Shown here: one piece after another, positions 32,885 through 48,174 of the stretch
Numbering within the stretch: position 1 is the first letter of the stretch
Layout of the letters: each line of letters starts with the position of its first letter
Assembly (NCBI GenBank): GCA_964016885.1
Contig: OZ024742.1
Location: 56,172,001 to 56,236,000 of the forward strand
Direction of reading: 5' to 3'
Source of the DNA: Eledone cirrhosa
Lineage: Eukaryota
Length of the DNA: 64,000 bases
Notes under the pieces: model-generated
The model's input: the letters and a program-made list of their open reading frames with translations, nothing else
Told to the model about the DNA's origin: nothing
Database searches by the model: none
Program-made: the position numbers and the translations under genes

Positions 32885-34278
32885 GTACATACATGAATAA
32901 TTCCATACATATTTACCTACACACATTAATAGTTACACGCATATGCACTTATAAGTCCAAAGACACTGAAAGAAATCTATATTCTGCCGTATATCATTAC
33001 GAATTACCAGCAGAATTTATGGAATGGTTCAGGCACGAACTACCATGTAAATTATCAACGGATCTCATGATACTTCCTTAAAATTAACTGTCTATTTCAA
33101 TTAAACTATGAAACATTTTGTTGGTTTTACAATGACTATTAATTATTTCATTATTAAGATAGTCAATTAATGTATCCTTCTTAACCCTTTTGTGATGGTA
33201 TTCTAATAAAAAAAAAAACTATTTCAATTATTAGTTGTGTATTTTTAATGAAATTACTAAGAATATTAATTACTCTTCTACTAAGATAACAACTTAACAG
33301 GTAGGTGGTTCTAATATGAAATTATAATGGGAGATTTTAATTGAAAGAGTAATTTAAATGACTAGTTTTTTCCATAGAACCAGGCGCTGGGTTTGGTATG
33401 GATGTAATCATTTCGAGACCGTATTACTAATTAATTAGACACTATTTCAATCACTTATATACAACATTTGAGAGGTTTAATGAAATAATTATTTCATTTT
33501 ACTAAGACAGTATCTTAAGCTTTTAGTAGTTCTTTTTAACAGATCGGGGTCGATTTTGGCCGAGTTAATACTTCCATATATATTTCTCTAACTATTATAT
33601 TTTTCATGAATGAATTATCTATACACGTATCTTCCTTTCTGCAATCCATGGAATTCCGCTTGACAATGTAATGTTTTTACACTTAAATTTGGTCTTTGTT
33701 TTTAGCTTGTTATTTAGATTTTGTTATTATGTTTTAACGCTGCCCATTAATAGTTTCAAACACACTTCTATTAACTGGATTGGATATACCGTATTTAAGG
33801 AAATGGAATTATACAATTAAAGTCCAAATTTAAAACATGAAATATTTATCGAATAGAATCTTGTGACAACCAAACGATTGCATATGTACTTATTATCCTT
33901 CTTAGTTCACACATATATATTTCTAGTTTAGATTAAGTATTTATGTTATATCATATAGAGATGTATACGTGAAATATATATGTATATCGGATTTTGTTGG
34001 TCATACGTTTTTTAATTTTAACATTTATCATTTCATTTTTATAATAGAGCATGTTGATGAGGGAAAAGAGAAAATAAAGAAGGTATTTTGAAGAGAGATA
34101 AAAATATTGCAATATTTACAAGTAATATAACAATTACAATGAGGATATATTTGAAATACACAGCACAAGTCATCAGATATTCATATGTTTTAGAGAAAAT
34201 TTAGTAATTGAAATATATAAACAACTGCAAACATATACAATTATACAATCATATTTAACAAGATAATTTTGTTTTCTG

Positions 34279-35267
<989 letters not shown>

Positions 35268-35419
35268 AAGCGTTAAAACCTCTTATTATAGAGTGCCCTC
35301 TCATTTGTACATCTGCTTGATTTAATAATGTTCAGTGATCAGAAATTGAAGGTACATAGAGGACAAAACGAAATTAATCTTGTACGCCACACTATCCAGT
35401 GGATCTTTTATGTAATATC

Positions 35420-35519
35420 TCACCATACAGAACACTTCTTCTCTGGATTCATGTAACTCCCTTTGGGGCAGTTGAAGGCTTTTGAGAACTCCGGCGAATT
35501 ATGTAATGAACCAATAACC
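35420..35519 (-). CDS. M13 neprilysin-like peptidase, last coding exon
   Basis: AG acceptor; phase-2 start; [32 protein letters not shown], the canonical M13 C-terminus. Confidence 0.95.
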
Positions 35520-36675
35520 CTGTAAAGACACAGAAAATTATTAAATAAATAATTTAAGCCTTATCATTCTGTACCTTGTGGAACCTCGCTACATGGCATT
35601 CTTGTAAAGTAGAAAGAAGCATCATGCCTGATTCATACTAAACACAAATGGATTTACTTTAGTGTAATCTTATATTCACAACAAACCGTCTTCTTGTAAA
35701 GAGACAATAAATATGTTAATTTGCAAACCTAAGGTAACTATATTACAAAATATTGATGAAAAGTGGTCTTTACTCAAATACGGCTAATACAAATTTTGTT
35801 TTATTTGTTTCTAAGTATATATTTTTTATTAACTAATCTAATTGCTATTTATGCATAACTTCGATAAATATTTAATATTCTCTGCATTAAACATGCTAAG
35901 ACTAACTTACATATTGGTTCTCACACCGATGAAATCGCTATGTAAATGATACTGCCAACAATATAATCTAGTATATTTGTTAATCTACATTTTCAATCGG
36001 AATTTGTCTAGTACGTTAAAGTCTATGTTTGCTAATGAAGATAAAATATGACCAAATATGGCCTGGATTTTCCTTTTTAGATGAAGATACAAATACCAAA
36101 TATTATTCTTTTGACATTTGCTGCCCCATTCAGTGAGTATATTTTTCTAGTGAACTTCTTGAGGTTAGCTGCATTAAATATGTTGACAATTAGTTAGTTA
36201 TAGAATTCCGTGCATGGAGTGATTGTATTATTTATTTCACTTGATGCCTGCATGTGGTACGGATGTCTATAAGCTGTATGGATTAAATGTAACGAAGTTT
36301 GAACATGTATGTATGAATCATCACTGACTTTTAGTCTCCGTGTTATAATTTGTTGTTAGAGCATCTGATGAAATAGTTTGCGGCATCTATTTACTGCCCT
36401 ATACGTTCTTGGTCCAAATACTGCCTAGATGTTCTTCGCCTTTCATCCTTCTCCGATTAAGAAAATAAAGTACTGGACTCAATTTAATTGGCTTACCTCT
36501 TTCCCTCAAATTGCTAAAGTAGAAAACATTATTTCTTGAAGCAGAATGAGAGGGGGGGTGAGAGACTCAGTAAAAGGGTGACTGAGTCTGGCAGTGAATA
36601 ACAGAATATATATATATAAATATATAAATGAAATAACAGTAGGCTGGACTGGTGTAAATCCTTGAAAGGTTTATT

Positions 36676-36733
36676 ATACTATGATCATTTCAATGACCGG
36701 GTTCCGTATGAATCCGGTGATATCATCAGGTAT
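36676..36733 (-). ncRNA. Type I minimal hammerhead (mirror arm; sense to the host pre-mRNA)
   Basis: Reverse complement reads atac-CTGATGA-...ccgg/ccgg...-GAAA-TGATCA-TA-gtat. Confidence 0.8.
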
Positions 36734-36856
36734 TGGAATATAACAAAGGAATATGTAAAAAGCCATGGGTCCGAAAATCTATGAGTCCGGGAAACCAGAG
36801 ACAGAAAGGGCGGCTGACCAACTAGCTTCACAGCCATATTCCTTTGTTATATTCCA

Positions 36857-36914
36857 ATACCTGATGATATCACCGGATTCATATGGAACCCGGTCATTGA
36901 AATGATCATAGTAT
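36857..36914 (+). ncRNA. Type I minimal hammerhead
   Basis: atac-CTGATGA-tatcaccgg..ccggtcatt-GAAA-TGATCA-TA-gtat. Confidence 0.82.
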
Positions 36915-37118
36915 AATGAACCTTTCAAGGATTTACACCAGTCCAGCCTACTGTTATTTCATTTATAATTAACTCCGGATTCGCACCACCAACTACACAA
37001 ATGAAGATGGGTGAACTGCACTGCGTTGAGTACTCTTCACAATATTACACCAGGATTGACCATACGGAATGGCCAGTTCTATCCAGTGGTGAACCAACAA
37101 ACCTTAAGATATATAAAT

Positions 37119-37155
<37 letters not shown>

Positions 37156-37241
37156 ACCATTACATCCATGCGTTCTGCTATTGTCTGTTCCCATCCTCAG
37201 TTGCGTTAATGAAAATAATAATTATGTCTACTTGTTGCATG

Positions 37242-37368
37242 TGCATTACTGGTGCTTTATTTCATCGACCCCGTAAGGTTGAAAGGCAAAGTTAACCTTG
37301 GCGGGATTACGAGAACGTAAGGGTCCATAACTATATGCTGCAAAGCATGGTGTCTGACGCTGCCAATC
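37242..37368 (-). mobile_element. tRNA-derived SINE copy (partial)
   Basis: Reverse complement of the SINE body. Confidence 0.75.
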
Positions 37369-38762
37369 AATCAGAAACCATTACCAAGTGTAATTAATAC
37401 GAATGAAATTTGAATTATCTACCTTAGATCATTTTCTTTTTTATAAGAGTTATTGCCCTTGAAATTTAAAGCTATTTTTTTCTCTTCTTTTATAATAGAG
37501 ATAGCCATTTACTTAACCTGAAAGAAATTCATAATTAATGATAACTGCAATTTTCTTTCAGGTTAAGAAATGGCTATCTCTAATTAATAACGTTATTTTA
37601 CATTCATTTAAATCAATTTCACTCAATTACAATAATTTTCGTTTATATTCATTTAAATCAATTTCAATTTCGACATGTGTTTTTTGTAATAGGTCAACGA
37701 CGTAGATCTAGGTTCAGCTTCGTTGTGCAACATCATGAACATGAGTTCCCTACTATAGATTCTGTTTGACCAATACATTGTGGAATTTGATAAACGGCAA
37801 CTACAGGCACTTCATGTGCATGCGTATGTATGTACACACACACACACACACATATATATGTGTGTATATGCATGTATGTATGGCTGGCTGTCTATCTGTC
37901 TGTCTGTATGTATGTATGGCTGTATGTTTGTCTGTCTGTATGTATGTATGGCTGTATGTCTGTCTGTATGTATGTATGGCTGTATGTCTGTCTGTCTGTA
38001 TCTATGTATGTATGTCTTGTCAGGTCGCTCTTCAATTCTATTGGTAAAATGTAACCCAGTACAACCTGTTCATGGTCGGGTCGTCGCCGAATAAACCGGC
38101 AACACCACTTAGAATACTTGGCGAGGAAGGTGATTTTGGACACGCTGCGGGATGAAAAACAAGACCCATCAAAGGCAGAGGAACTCAGGTGAATCAACGG
38201 CCATCCAATAAAGTTTTTTTTTTCTTTTCTTTTTTTTTGTGGAGCGAGACTCCTAGTCTTCATTAAGAAATCTTTCTAGGAGAAGATCACTCTCATATAA
38301 AACCTACGACTTCGTTTGTATCCAATGATGTAGACCATTTCAACCTTTTGGGTAAATGCATTCGATATTCAGAGAGTGGGATTCACTCCGTGCAAAGCGT
38401 CTACTCACTTAAAAAGAAAACTCAAGCACAGGCATCGCTTGATATGTGACATTTTTTGCGATGCATGGCATTGATGGCCGTAGACAGGTCCCTAGCAGTT
38501 CTAAGAAGCCACGTCCTTGATGCTCATGCTTAAGTATCAAGCGATGGCATTACTCGAAATCGAGTTACAACCATCATGTATGTATCTATATACCCGATTG
38601 CTATCACTTTAAAACGAAACAATGTCGTGAGGTTTAACCAACTATTTATGAAGCGCAAATGGACAAAACTCATCATGAATATCTGCAAGATATATTCAAT
38701 GAATAGAGGAGAGACTCATTGCAGTAAATACATTTGAGATATAATAACAATTATATACTTAC

Positions 38763-38839
38763 CGAAATCGACCTGGGCTGTGGTATCCAGTTAAAATGCG
38801 GTTCAGTGCATATTGAGGGCGCATGTGCCCACACCAAAC
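38763..38839 (-). CDS. M13 neprilysin-like peptidase exon
   Basis: 77 nt between AG and GT; [26 protein letters not shown], with the conserved HSP..R. Confidence 0.93.
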
Positions 38840-39035
38840 CTGAATTAAAATAAATAACATTCAGCATTATTTTTCGTTTTTAAATGTTATAATCACTGTA
38901 AATTAATTGCTATGGGGGCAAATTAGCAGCGTGTTTAGATCACCGAGGTCCACTTATCTACCCCGGATTTCTTCTTCTTCTTCTTCTTCTTCTTCTTCTT
39001 CTTCTTCTTCTTCTTCTTCTTCTTCTTCTTCTTCT

Positions 39036-39080
<45 letters not shown>

Positions 39081-39081
39081 C

Positions 39082-39173
<92 letters not shown>

Positions 39174-39184
39174 ATAAAGAAATT

Positions 39185-39248
<64 letters not shown>

Positions 39249-39428
39249 TATATTATATATTATATGTATATATCTGGCAGCATGCACTCAGCCAAGTATA
39301 GATTGCACAAAACGCGTCGTGCGTCACGACGACACATCTACATCTCCATCAATAGTTATGATCCGATAGGTATCATGGTTAAATATATTTCTAAAATGCC
39401 AGGAAATTTGACTACTGCGATAACATAT

Positions 39429-39560
39429 AGGGCGGCAAATTGACAGAGTCATTAGTTCGTTAGATAGAATGCTTTGCGGTGCGGTATTTGTCCCGATTCT
39501 GCGCCTTGAATTTAAATCCCGCCGATATCATCTTTGCCTTTCCTACTTTCGGGATCGATA
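39429..39560 (+). mobile_element. Diverged tRNA-derived SINE copy
   Basis: agggcggcaaattgacag...aaatcccgccga...tttgcctttc. Confidence 0.65.
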
Positions 39561-39796
39561 ACTGAGACAACAAGAGAAGTGAATTTTTCACACGTTGTCC
39601 ACACGTCGCCAAACACCTATTGCATAACTACAAGGCTCCGGACTGATTCTTTGTAATTTTATTTTCAACCTAAAAACTTTTCGGACTTTCGCAGTTATCT
39701 CCCTTACACCTCTCCCACGCAGTCTAGTATTGCCTGTGTGAAGTGACCGGGTTTCTGCGCATGCGCGTTCGTACGGTTGTCCTTCCTGTTCCTATA

Positions 39797-39855
39797 ACCA
39801 TGCCCATTCCGAAGCTGAAGATCCGCTAAGGGGAAACAATTGTTCTCGGTATGGT
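39797..39855 (+). ncRNA. Type I minimal hammerhead
   Basis: gaag-CTGAAGA-tcc..gg-GAAAC-AATT-GTT-ctc; distal stem I accatgcc/ggtatggt. Confidence 0.65.
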
Positions 39856-39943
39856 GAACTAACTGTTGTGTAACCACTTCTACCTAACTCGTCCCTTGGA
39901 CTGAGTGCTCTACCACTACGGATATTACCTTCCAGTATTCCAC

Positions 39944-40015
<72 letters not shown>

Positions 40016-40024
40016 ATGTGTGTG

Positions 40025-40072
<48 letters not shown>

Positions 40073-40076
40073 TGTG

Positions 40077-40207
<131 letters not shown>

Positions 40208-40370
40208 TTACAGACTAAAGCTTAATCAAAGAATCGCTGCATTCCCCCTTCACAGAATCTTTGAGATCTTATAATAGATATTTATATTTACTCTACGGGT
40301 TTATATATATATATATATATAATCCATATCGAGCCCTCTGTGGTGGATTTTAGTCGTCACATTTATTATT

Positions 40371-40444
<74 letters not shown>

Positions 40445-40930
40445 CCTACACAAATGCACTCATATAACGTAATGTCTCTTATCTTTTATCTACGTACATC
40501 AATGCATGTGTGTGTGTGTGCGTGTAAATGCGTATGCATTGTGTATCTATGTGACTGTGTATATGTGTGCATATGAATCTTTATCAATATCTTAGTATGG
40601 ACGGATATGAATGTAAGTATTTATATATCTGCGTATATATATGACTGTATTTATGTATGCTTGCATATATGCTTATATATGTGTGTGTGAAGGTACGTAT
40701 CTATCTATATGCTTTAACATATGTCTTTATGAGATTCCAGTTCATTTCAAATGTGACACAAAGTAACAAATACATACATCAAATCTTCATTTTCCACACA
40801 GACGAAAACTGTGCAAATCAATACTTATCTGTAAAATCATTACTAATCGATAAAACCAATACTAACCTGTGCAAATCAATACTAACTTGCGCAAATCAAC
40901 ACTAACCAGCTGCATAACAATAATACTAAC

Positions 40931-41029
40931 CTGTGCAAATCCCAGGAAGAACAATTGCTCGTGGGTAAAATTAAGACCGGGTAATCTCGGTTCTTCGGCT
41001 CCTCTTTTGTGGACCCAGTTCTTGTAGGC
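40931..41029 (-). CDS. M13 neprilysin-like peptidase exon
   Basis: 99 nt between AG and GT; [33 protein letters not shown]. Confidence 0.95.
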
Positions 41030-41099
41030 CTAAAATATATAGTTGAAAAAAATAACGTATTAGCGTACAATTAGTTTATACAATTGGTTTATACATTAA

Positions 41100-41281
41100 T
41101 GGGTGGTGGATTAGCAGTATCAGCAGAGGATCGGACGCCATGCTTTATTGCATGAAGTTACAACCCTTTACGGTCTGAGTTCAAATCAGGCCGAGGTTAA
41201 CTTTGCCTCTCATCCTTACGGAATCGATAAAATAAAGCACTGGGATAATTTCTGGCGATGTACCAAAAGTAGAAACAATTA
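41100..41281 (+). mobile_element. tRNA-derived SINE copy
   Basis: Same body, with B-box GTTCAAATC. Confidence 0.8.
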
Positions 41282-41363
41282 TTTTATATATTTCACGACA
41301 TCGTACAATGTGCTATTCAACCGAGATTGATAGCCACAAGCTAGGATGGCGTGTAGAATAGAG

Positions 41364-41726
<363 letters not shown>

Positions 41727-41756
41727 TTAAATACAAAACCCTGAGTTGGGGGCGCA

Positions 41757-42932
41757 GGACGAAGACAATGGAAAACAACAACGGACAGTTCCATCTCCTC
41801 AGTCAACCTCTTGAAATAACTAGGTTGATACTTTTCTTTCCAGTGCGCATTGGCGCGTAAAAAAACAGGTAGAATCAAAGAGAGAGTAATTTATGTTTGT
41901 CGGCGAGTTTTCCAGGTTGAAACGAAAATGTATTCCAAGTGTGTTAACTGACAAAGAAGCGAGAGAAATGTGTGCAAGGGTTTAAGGAGATGAATATAGA
42001 AAAGAGTAAAAAAGAAAACCAGAAGAGAATAATATCGACTGCAGTCCAACGTGCAGACAAAGGAAAAGGTCACTGACACGTAGAGAAGGCAAGAAAAAAG
42101 AATGGGGTTGCATAATATCTATTATATATTAGTTTTAAAAAATTAGCTTTGTTTACAAACAGCGGAGAATTTTAAAATTGGATAGTGAAATAGAGCTTCC
42201 GCCGTACTTTTGACTAAGTAAATTAGCCTAATAGTCGGAGTTATAAAAACCCACAGAATGGAAAAAGATACAGAGCTTAGCCAAAGATGTGTGTTCATGT
42301 CCCGTGTACATCAATTCTCATCCTTTTTTCCATTCTGTGGGTTTTTATAACTCCGACTATTAGGCTAATTTACTTAGTCAAAAGTACGGCGGAAGCTCTA
42401 TTTCACTATCCAATTTTAAAATTCTCCGCTGTTTGTAAACAAAGCTAATTGTTTAAAACTAACATATAATAGATATTATGCAACCCCATTCTCCTTTCTT
42501 ACCTTCTCTACGTGTCAGTGACCTTTTCCTTTGTCTGCACATTGGACTGCAGTCGATATTATTCTCTTCTGGTTTTCTTTTTTACTCTTTTCTATATTCA
42601 TCTCCTTAAACCCTTGCGCACATTTCTCTCTCTTCTTTGTCAGTTAACACACTTGGAATACATTTCGTTTCAATCTGTAAAACTCGCCGACAAACATAAA
42701 TTACCCTCTCTTTGATTCTACTGCACTGGAATAAAAAGTATCAACCTAGTTATTTCAAGATGTTGACTGAGGAGATGGAACTGGCCGTTGTTATTTTCCA
42801 TTGTCTTCGTCCAACTATTAGGCTAATTTACTTAGTCAAAAATACGGCGGAAGCTTTATTTCACTATCTAATTTTCAAATTATCCGGTGTTTGTAAACAA
42901 AGCTAATTTTCAAACAAAGCTAAGCTCTGTAT

Positions 42933-42937
<5 letters not shown>
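41757..42937. repeat. Fold-back with about 500-bp arms and a rearranged duplicate tail
   Basis: 41757-42266 is the reverse complement of 42325-42812; 42813-42910 re-duplicates 42355-42450; flanked by (TG)n and (TA)n. Confidence 0.9.
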
Positions 42938-42960
<23 letters not shown>

Positions 42961-42969
<9 letters not shown>

Positions 42970-43310
42970 GACGTTAAAAAAAGTTACATAATCATATTTA
43001 TTAATATACGCATTTCAGTGACACTGGATTGGAGCGTGACCTGCTCCAACGTTACGTCAGCAGATGTTAACACAATTATGTGAGTGGGTCGCTAACGTGT
43101 ACATGTTTGCGATAGTCTGGATTTTCGCAAACATTGTAGCCTTAGTCAAACACATATCCACCTACCCACATAATTGGGGTAATATCTGATGAGGTGACGA
43201 CGGTGCAGCTTGCTCTTGTAACGATTGCACAGCAGCTCTATTCCAGTGTCACAGAAATACCCCAAAAATATATATGCTTATGTAACCTTTGACTTAACGT
43301 TTCTTTCATA
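42961..43310. mobile_element. Old, diverged fold-back element with a degenerate hammerhead
   Basis: Imperfect arms; CTGATGA-ggtgac...gtcaca-GAAA at 43186-43257; the mirror arm retains GAAA-TGCGTA-TA. Confidence 0.6.
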
Positions 43311-43652
43311 CATGATAACACCGTTATGTTTGATCCCCACTATTTGCTTAAACCCGTTTATCAATAAGAATTCATAACGCAACGTTTAAGGATAAACAAC
43401 ACACCAACTAGCAACTATATATATAGAGAGAGAAAGGATAGAAACAAAGTAACAACAAAAATAATCACTGAGGAGGTTTGAGAATATGTGACAAAAGAGC
43501 TTTGACATTCAGCAACTAAACAACAATAAAACTAACCGACTGGCAACTTATAATAAATTAAAGTGAAACCCAACAGGTGCGTTTACTTATTGGCCGCCTG
43601 ACCCTCCCAAAGTTTATGTGTGAGTGCGTGTGAGTGTGTGCATGCGCGTGTA

Positions 43653-43728
<76 letters not shown>

Positions 43729-43999
43729 CGCGGTTTTCTGTTTTAAGGGTTTACGGTGGTGGTATTCTCTACGGGTTCCACAATAATAGATCGATTAAAA
43801 ATATTTAATTTCAAGGGAAGGAACTTCGAAATTTGTTTTCTGCCAGGGTACATAATTTAAGTATTAGATGTAAGGGAGATCACTCTAATATAAATTCAGT
43901 CTTAAAACTGCTTCCTTCGCTTTGTATGAAAGTATATTTTATTTGATTAAGTTTTCTTTCCATTCCATTCTTTTAGCTCTTTTATTGGCTTGACACAGT

Positions 44000-44080
44000 G
44001 GAGACACATGGCTTGGTGGTTAGGGTGCTGGCCATACGCATGTAAGGTTGTGCGTTCGTTTCCTAGACTAGGTGGTGCGC
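44000..44080 (+). mobile_element. tRNA-like head of a second SINE family
   Basis: TGGCTTGGTGG A-box and GTTCGTTTCC B-box; similar head at 61820; no clean cloverleaf. Confidence 0.55.
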
Positions 44081-45325
44081 TTTGTTAATTACATTTATTT
44101 CATGATGTAGGAAATAACTCCGATGCATCTTCACTGGAGTCATGTTATATTGACGTTTATTTATTTTAACGATTTCTTTCAATTTATTTTTCTCGATGTA
44201 TACATATCGGTGTCCTTTTTTCTTTAAATAAGTATATTTGCGTGTTGGGTGGGGCATTATTGGCGTTATATTACAGTGGTGGAACACAGATATTGATATT
44301 AAAAAATCAGAATGTGCCATGTGATATATCTTTAAAATGTCTGTTATTGGTATTTTTATCCAACCCAGCCATTTTCGAAGGTTCGTATAACCAGAGGTGT
44401 TCCAGACATGACCACCTCGTCTTCTTGTATATAACGGATTTCTGGTGAGAAAATTGTATCCTTATAGACTACATCTTGCTTTAAAACTTATGTCTGTTTC
44501 TGGTATCACTTTGAACGATGGAGACGAATATGTGCCAAAAGAACCATTCCTACTCAAGAGGCTTGCTGTTGGAAATAGCCAAATCGTTCTCGATCGCAGT
44601 AGAAAGGTGGCTCGTGTAACTAGTACGTCGAGAGGTTTCCACCGCTACTAGTTCGACGAGGGGCCAATCCACTTCACAGGAATGTTTCTAATAGATGATC
44701 ATCACCATCCTGTATAGGTTCAATCCGGGCTGCTTGATATAAGGATTGCAGATATCAAACGTTTTCTACAAATATTGATTCGATGAGCAGAACGTTCACC
44801 TTGTACGATTATCTCTTCTTGTCTGACACCATCTCCATGCTGTTTGCAGTATGTAAGGAAGTGATTCCGGGTCCGTAGTCACTAAATGTTTCCACTGCTG
44901 TTTAGGAATTTGCTCTCTGATTTTAGTTTGACTCCTTACTCTTTCATGTTTTTCACGTATTTCATTTCATTAGTAATGAACACTAATTAATATAATTTAT
45001 TACAGTATTTGTAAGCCCGATATGCTTTATTCCAACTACTTCAACTTGAATTTACTAAACGCAATGGAAATGTTTTATATAAATCAAGTATACGTTTTCT
45101 AATTCACACAAGAATATATCCTAGTATGTTTAATGCATTTTCGACTGATACAAAAGAGGAAATAAGATCAAGATCGTTCTCCATTTCTTTTCATAAACAC
45201 ATTAATTAGTAAAGAAACGATTGTGAATTTGATATATCTGAAATACTACATATTCGCAAAATATTGATTCTGCTTTATACTCCTCTCCCATGCTCATAAT
45301 AGCATAGGAAAAATCTACACGCGCG

Positions 45326-45390
<65 letters not shown>

Positions 45391-45395
<5 letters not shown>

Positions 45396-45720
45396 AAAAA
45401 AGATGAAATCGAAAATGCAACTGGAGTCTTTTTTTTCAATATTTATTTGGTTCCTTTACCGGTTTCGCAGTTCTTGTGCTTTTCAAAAGTAGAATTGAGA
45501 TGAAGTGTTTGTGGTTTTTCTCCAGATGCGAGAAAAACCATAAACCCTCCATCTCAATTCTACTTTTGAAAAGCAAAAGAACTGCGAAACCGCTAGAGGA
45601 ACCAAATAAATATTAAAAAAAGACTCCAGTGGCATTTTCGATTTCATCTATTTTCCTTATACTTTCACTCATGTTGGACATCTCGTTCTTTTTCATTTCG
45701 TAAAAGAACCTCATTTTCTA
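45391..45720. mobile_element. Fold-back element (about 130-bp arms, 7-nt spacer) with U3-A8 hammerhead variants, between TA tracts
   Basis: 45391-45522 is the reverse complement of 45530-45660; same family as 51619-52450. Confidence 0.88.
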
Positions 45721-45725
45721 ATAAT

Positions 45726-45828
<103 letters not shown>

Positions 45829-46349
45829 TATGGATAAACATTTAGAAAGCCGTAGCTATGCAAAAGACCGGGGCTATCACCCTTTGGTGGTTTCCAGCAG
45901 AAGCAAGGGTGTCAATCATCAATGCATTTCTGGTACACATCAGGACGATCCCTCCCATGCTTTTGACTGCTGGACTTGGAAACAGGTGAGAATATATGGT
46001 TTTCTCGTCTCTGTAAATGAGGTGATAAATCACATCTGCATATGAAGCTGTATAAGTTGGCTCAAGTTATAACTTATAATTCCTGATTCTCTCTCTCTAC
46101 ATACTACGCATGGAGTATATATATATATATATTCATTAGTTCAGCAAAACAAGGAAGACATTATATACATATATATATATATATTGTTATGCTTTGGGAG
46201 GGTCACGTTGCCAATAGGAAACACACGCACCTGTTGCTTTCACGCCAATTTATTATCAATTAAATTTATAAATTTAAGAATTTATAAATTTCCGATTGGT
46301 TGGTTGGTTCCCAAACCGGAGGGTTGTTCATGATAATTTGTAATTATCT

Positions 46350-46462
46350 GTTCAAATCCCGCCGAGGTTAACTTTGCCTTTCATCCTTACGGGGTCGATA
46401 AAATAAAGCACCAGTAATGTACTGGGTAATTGCTGGCCTTGTGCCAAAAGTTGAAACAATTA
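46350..46462 (+). mobile_element. 5'-truncated tRNA-derived SINE
   Basis: gttcaaatcccgccgagg...gaaacaatta. Confidence 0.85.
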
Positions 46463-47093
46463 TATTCGTTTTTTCCCGTTCTCTGCCAGCGAACGTTTCC
46501 ACGAACCAAAGTATCGTCTTCTTGTCTTCCTCCGGTTGCAACGTTTTTTTAAATATCCAGTTCTGCGTTTACAGATTGACTTTGTTAGTTTCAGAAGATC
46601 CCGTTAAGGGTGAAAGCAGCGATTCTTTGCTTAAACTTTAATCTGTTATTTTAATAAATATATATATATTTATATATCCTAAACGGACGGTAGTCCGTTT
46701 AGTAATATTGTTGTGGTCGTGTTTTCGTTGGCAATCGTCTGTTTACGACAGTACACCGCAGCTCTACTTTATTTAACTGAGATAAAACTTATATGAGCAT
46801 GAACAGTAGATCATTACGCATCCTTTGGCTTAAAAATCTAGAAATTTGGTCCAGCGGGAAAAAGTTTATAATCAAAGTTTGCTGATAAATCTTGTGTTCA
46901 AGTGAGTGAGTAGTAAGCGTGATGCTATGGGAGGTAATCCAGAAATGACGTAGCGTTGTCATTAAGCCAGTTGCCTCAACTAGATTGCAATTATACTCAA
47001 AAGAACTTTAAAATGTCAATCACTTGTCAGTAATTCACTATGATCATTTAATTATTAGATAGTCGTTGCTTGCATTGCCTTAAAAAATAGTAG

Positions 47094-48174
47094 ACCAGAT
47101 AGAAAAATGCGTATAGCAAAAAGAAGTAATATTGTTGTAAAAATACAGGACAAGAAACTAAAATAAAACTTTAAAAGAATAGGACAAGAAACTAAGATAA
47201 AACTTTAAAAGAATAGGACAAGAAACTAAGATAAAACTTTAAAGAATTGGACAAGAAATAAAAAATGTTACAATAATATTAGTGGCAACATTTTTTTATT
47301 CGTTTCCTGTGCTATGCCCCAGTATGTTCTTGATTAGTGCATAATAATTGTCATTCTCTCATTGTGCGTTGCCCCTGAGCGGTTGGTTCTGGTTGGGGTT
47401 GGTTGGCTGATCAGTTCTGCTCCGTCAGAATGACCATTGCAAGAAGAATTGGCCGATGCAGCTGCACGTCTCCTCTAAGAATGCACTTCTGGTCCCGCAA
47501 CACCAGATGAAGATGGAGAAGACGACCGGGACAAGATGTCGACTCTGACCACCGACTACGGCACCTCCCTCAACCACCGGTCCTCCCTCCCTCTGTCCCG
47601 TCATCCCTCCAGTCCTCCTGCTCCCCCTTCCTGTACCAGAAAGCTGTGGCACGCATTCATCTGGACTGCCGGACTTGAACTCAAGGACAAGATGCAAGGA
47701 GAAGATGGACGGGTTGGTCAAGATCAAGGATGAGCGGGACGACAAGACCGTCCGCTGCTGCTCAAGATCTGTGCTCATGGGCCCATGGATCCATTCACAT
47801 TATGCATGACACATGAGGCGTGTCGCCGAATGATGAAATAGGGGTATGGTTATGGCCCAATTGGTGTTCAAACCAGGATCAAATGATCCCCCCGGTCTGA
47901 CGACGACCTCTGAATGTGGAACACAGAGCCTATGAATGTGGAACTCGATTTTTTACCAATAAAAATGTTGCCACTAATATTATTGTAAAATTTTTTATTT
48001 CTTGTCCAATTCTTTAAAGTTCTATCTTAGTTTCTTGTCCTATTCTTTTAAAGTTTTATCTTAGTTTCTTGTCCTATTCTTTTAAAGTTTTATTTTAGTT
48101 TCTTGTCCTGTATTTTTAAAGGTTTATATTCCAACAATATTACTTTTTTTTGCTGTACGCATTTTTCTATCTGG
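47094..48174. mobile_element. Fold-back element with about 205-bp arms containing 34-bp tandem repeats, and a 660-bp GC-rich spacer
   Basis: 47094-47300 is the reverse complement of 47958-48174; repeat unit aggacaagaaactaagataaaactttaaaagaat. Confidence 0.85.

Larger units (their letters stand above)
36623..36967. mobile_element. Fold-back element with 133-bp arms, each carrying an intact hammerhead
   Basis: 36623-36755 is the reverse complement of 36835-36967. Confidence 0.92.

Noticed and set aside
47147-47260. CRISPR-like 34-bp repeats
   Set aside because: They are contiguous tandem units with no unique spacers, in a eukaryotic context.
47425-47778. 117-aa ORF in the GC-rich spacer
   Set aside because: No recognisable domain or splice context; lies within a repeat element.
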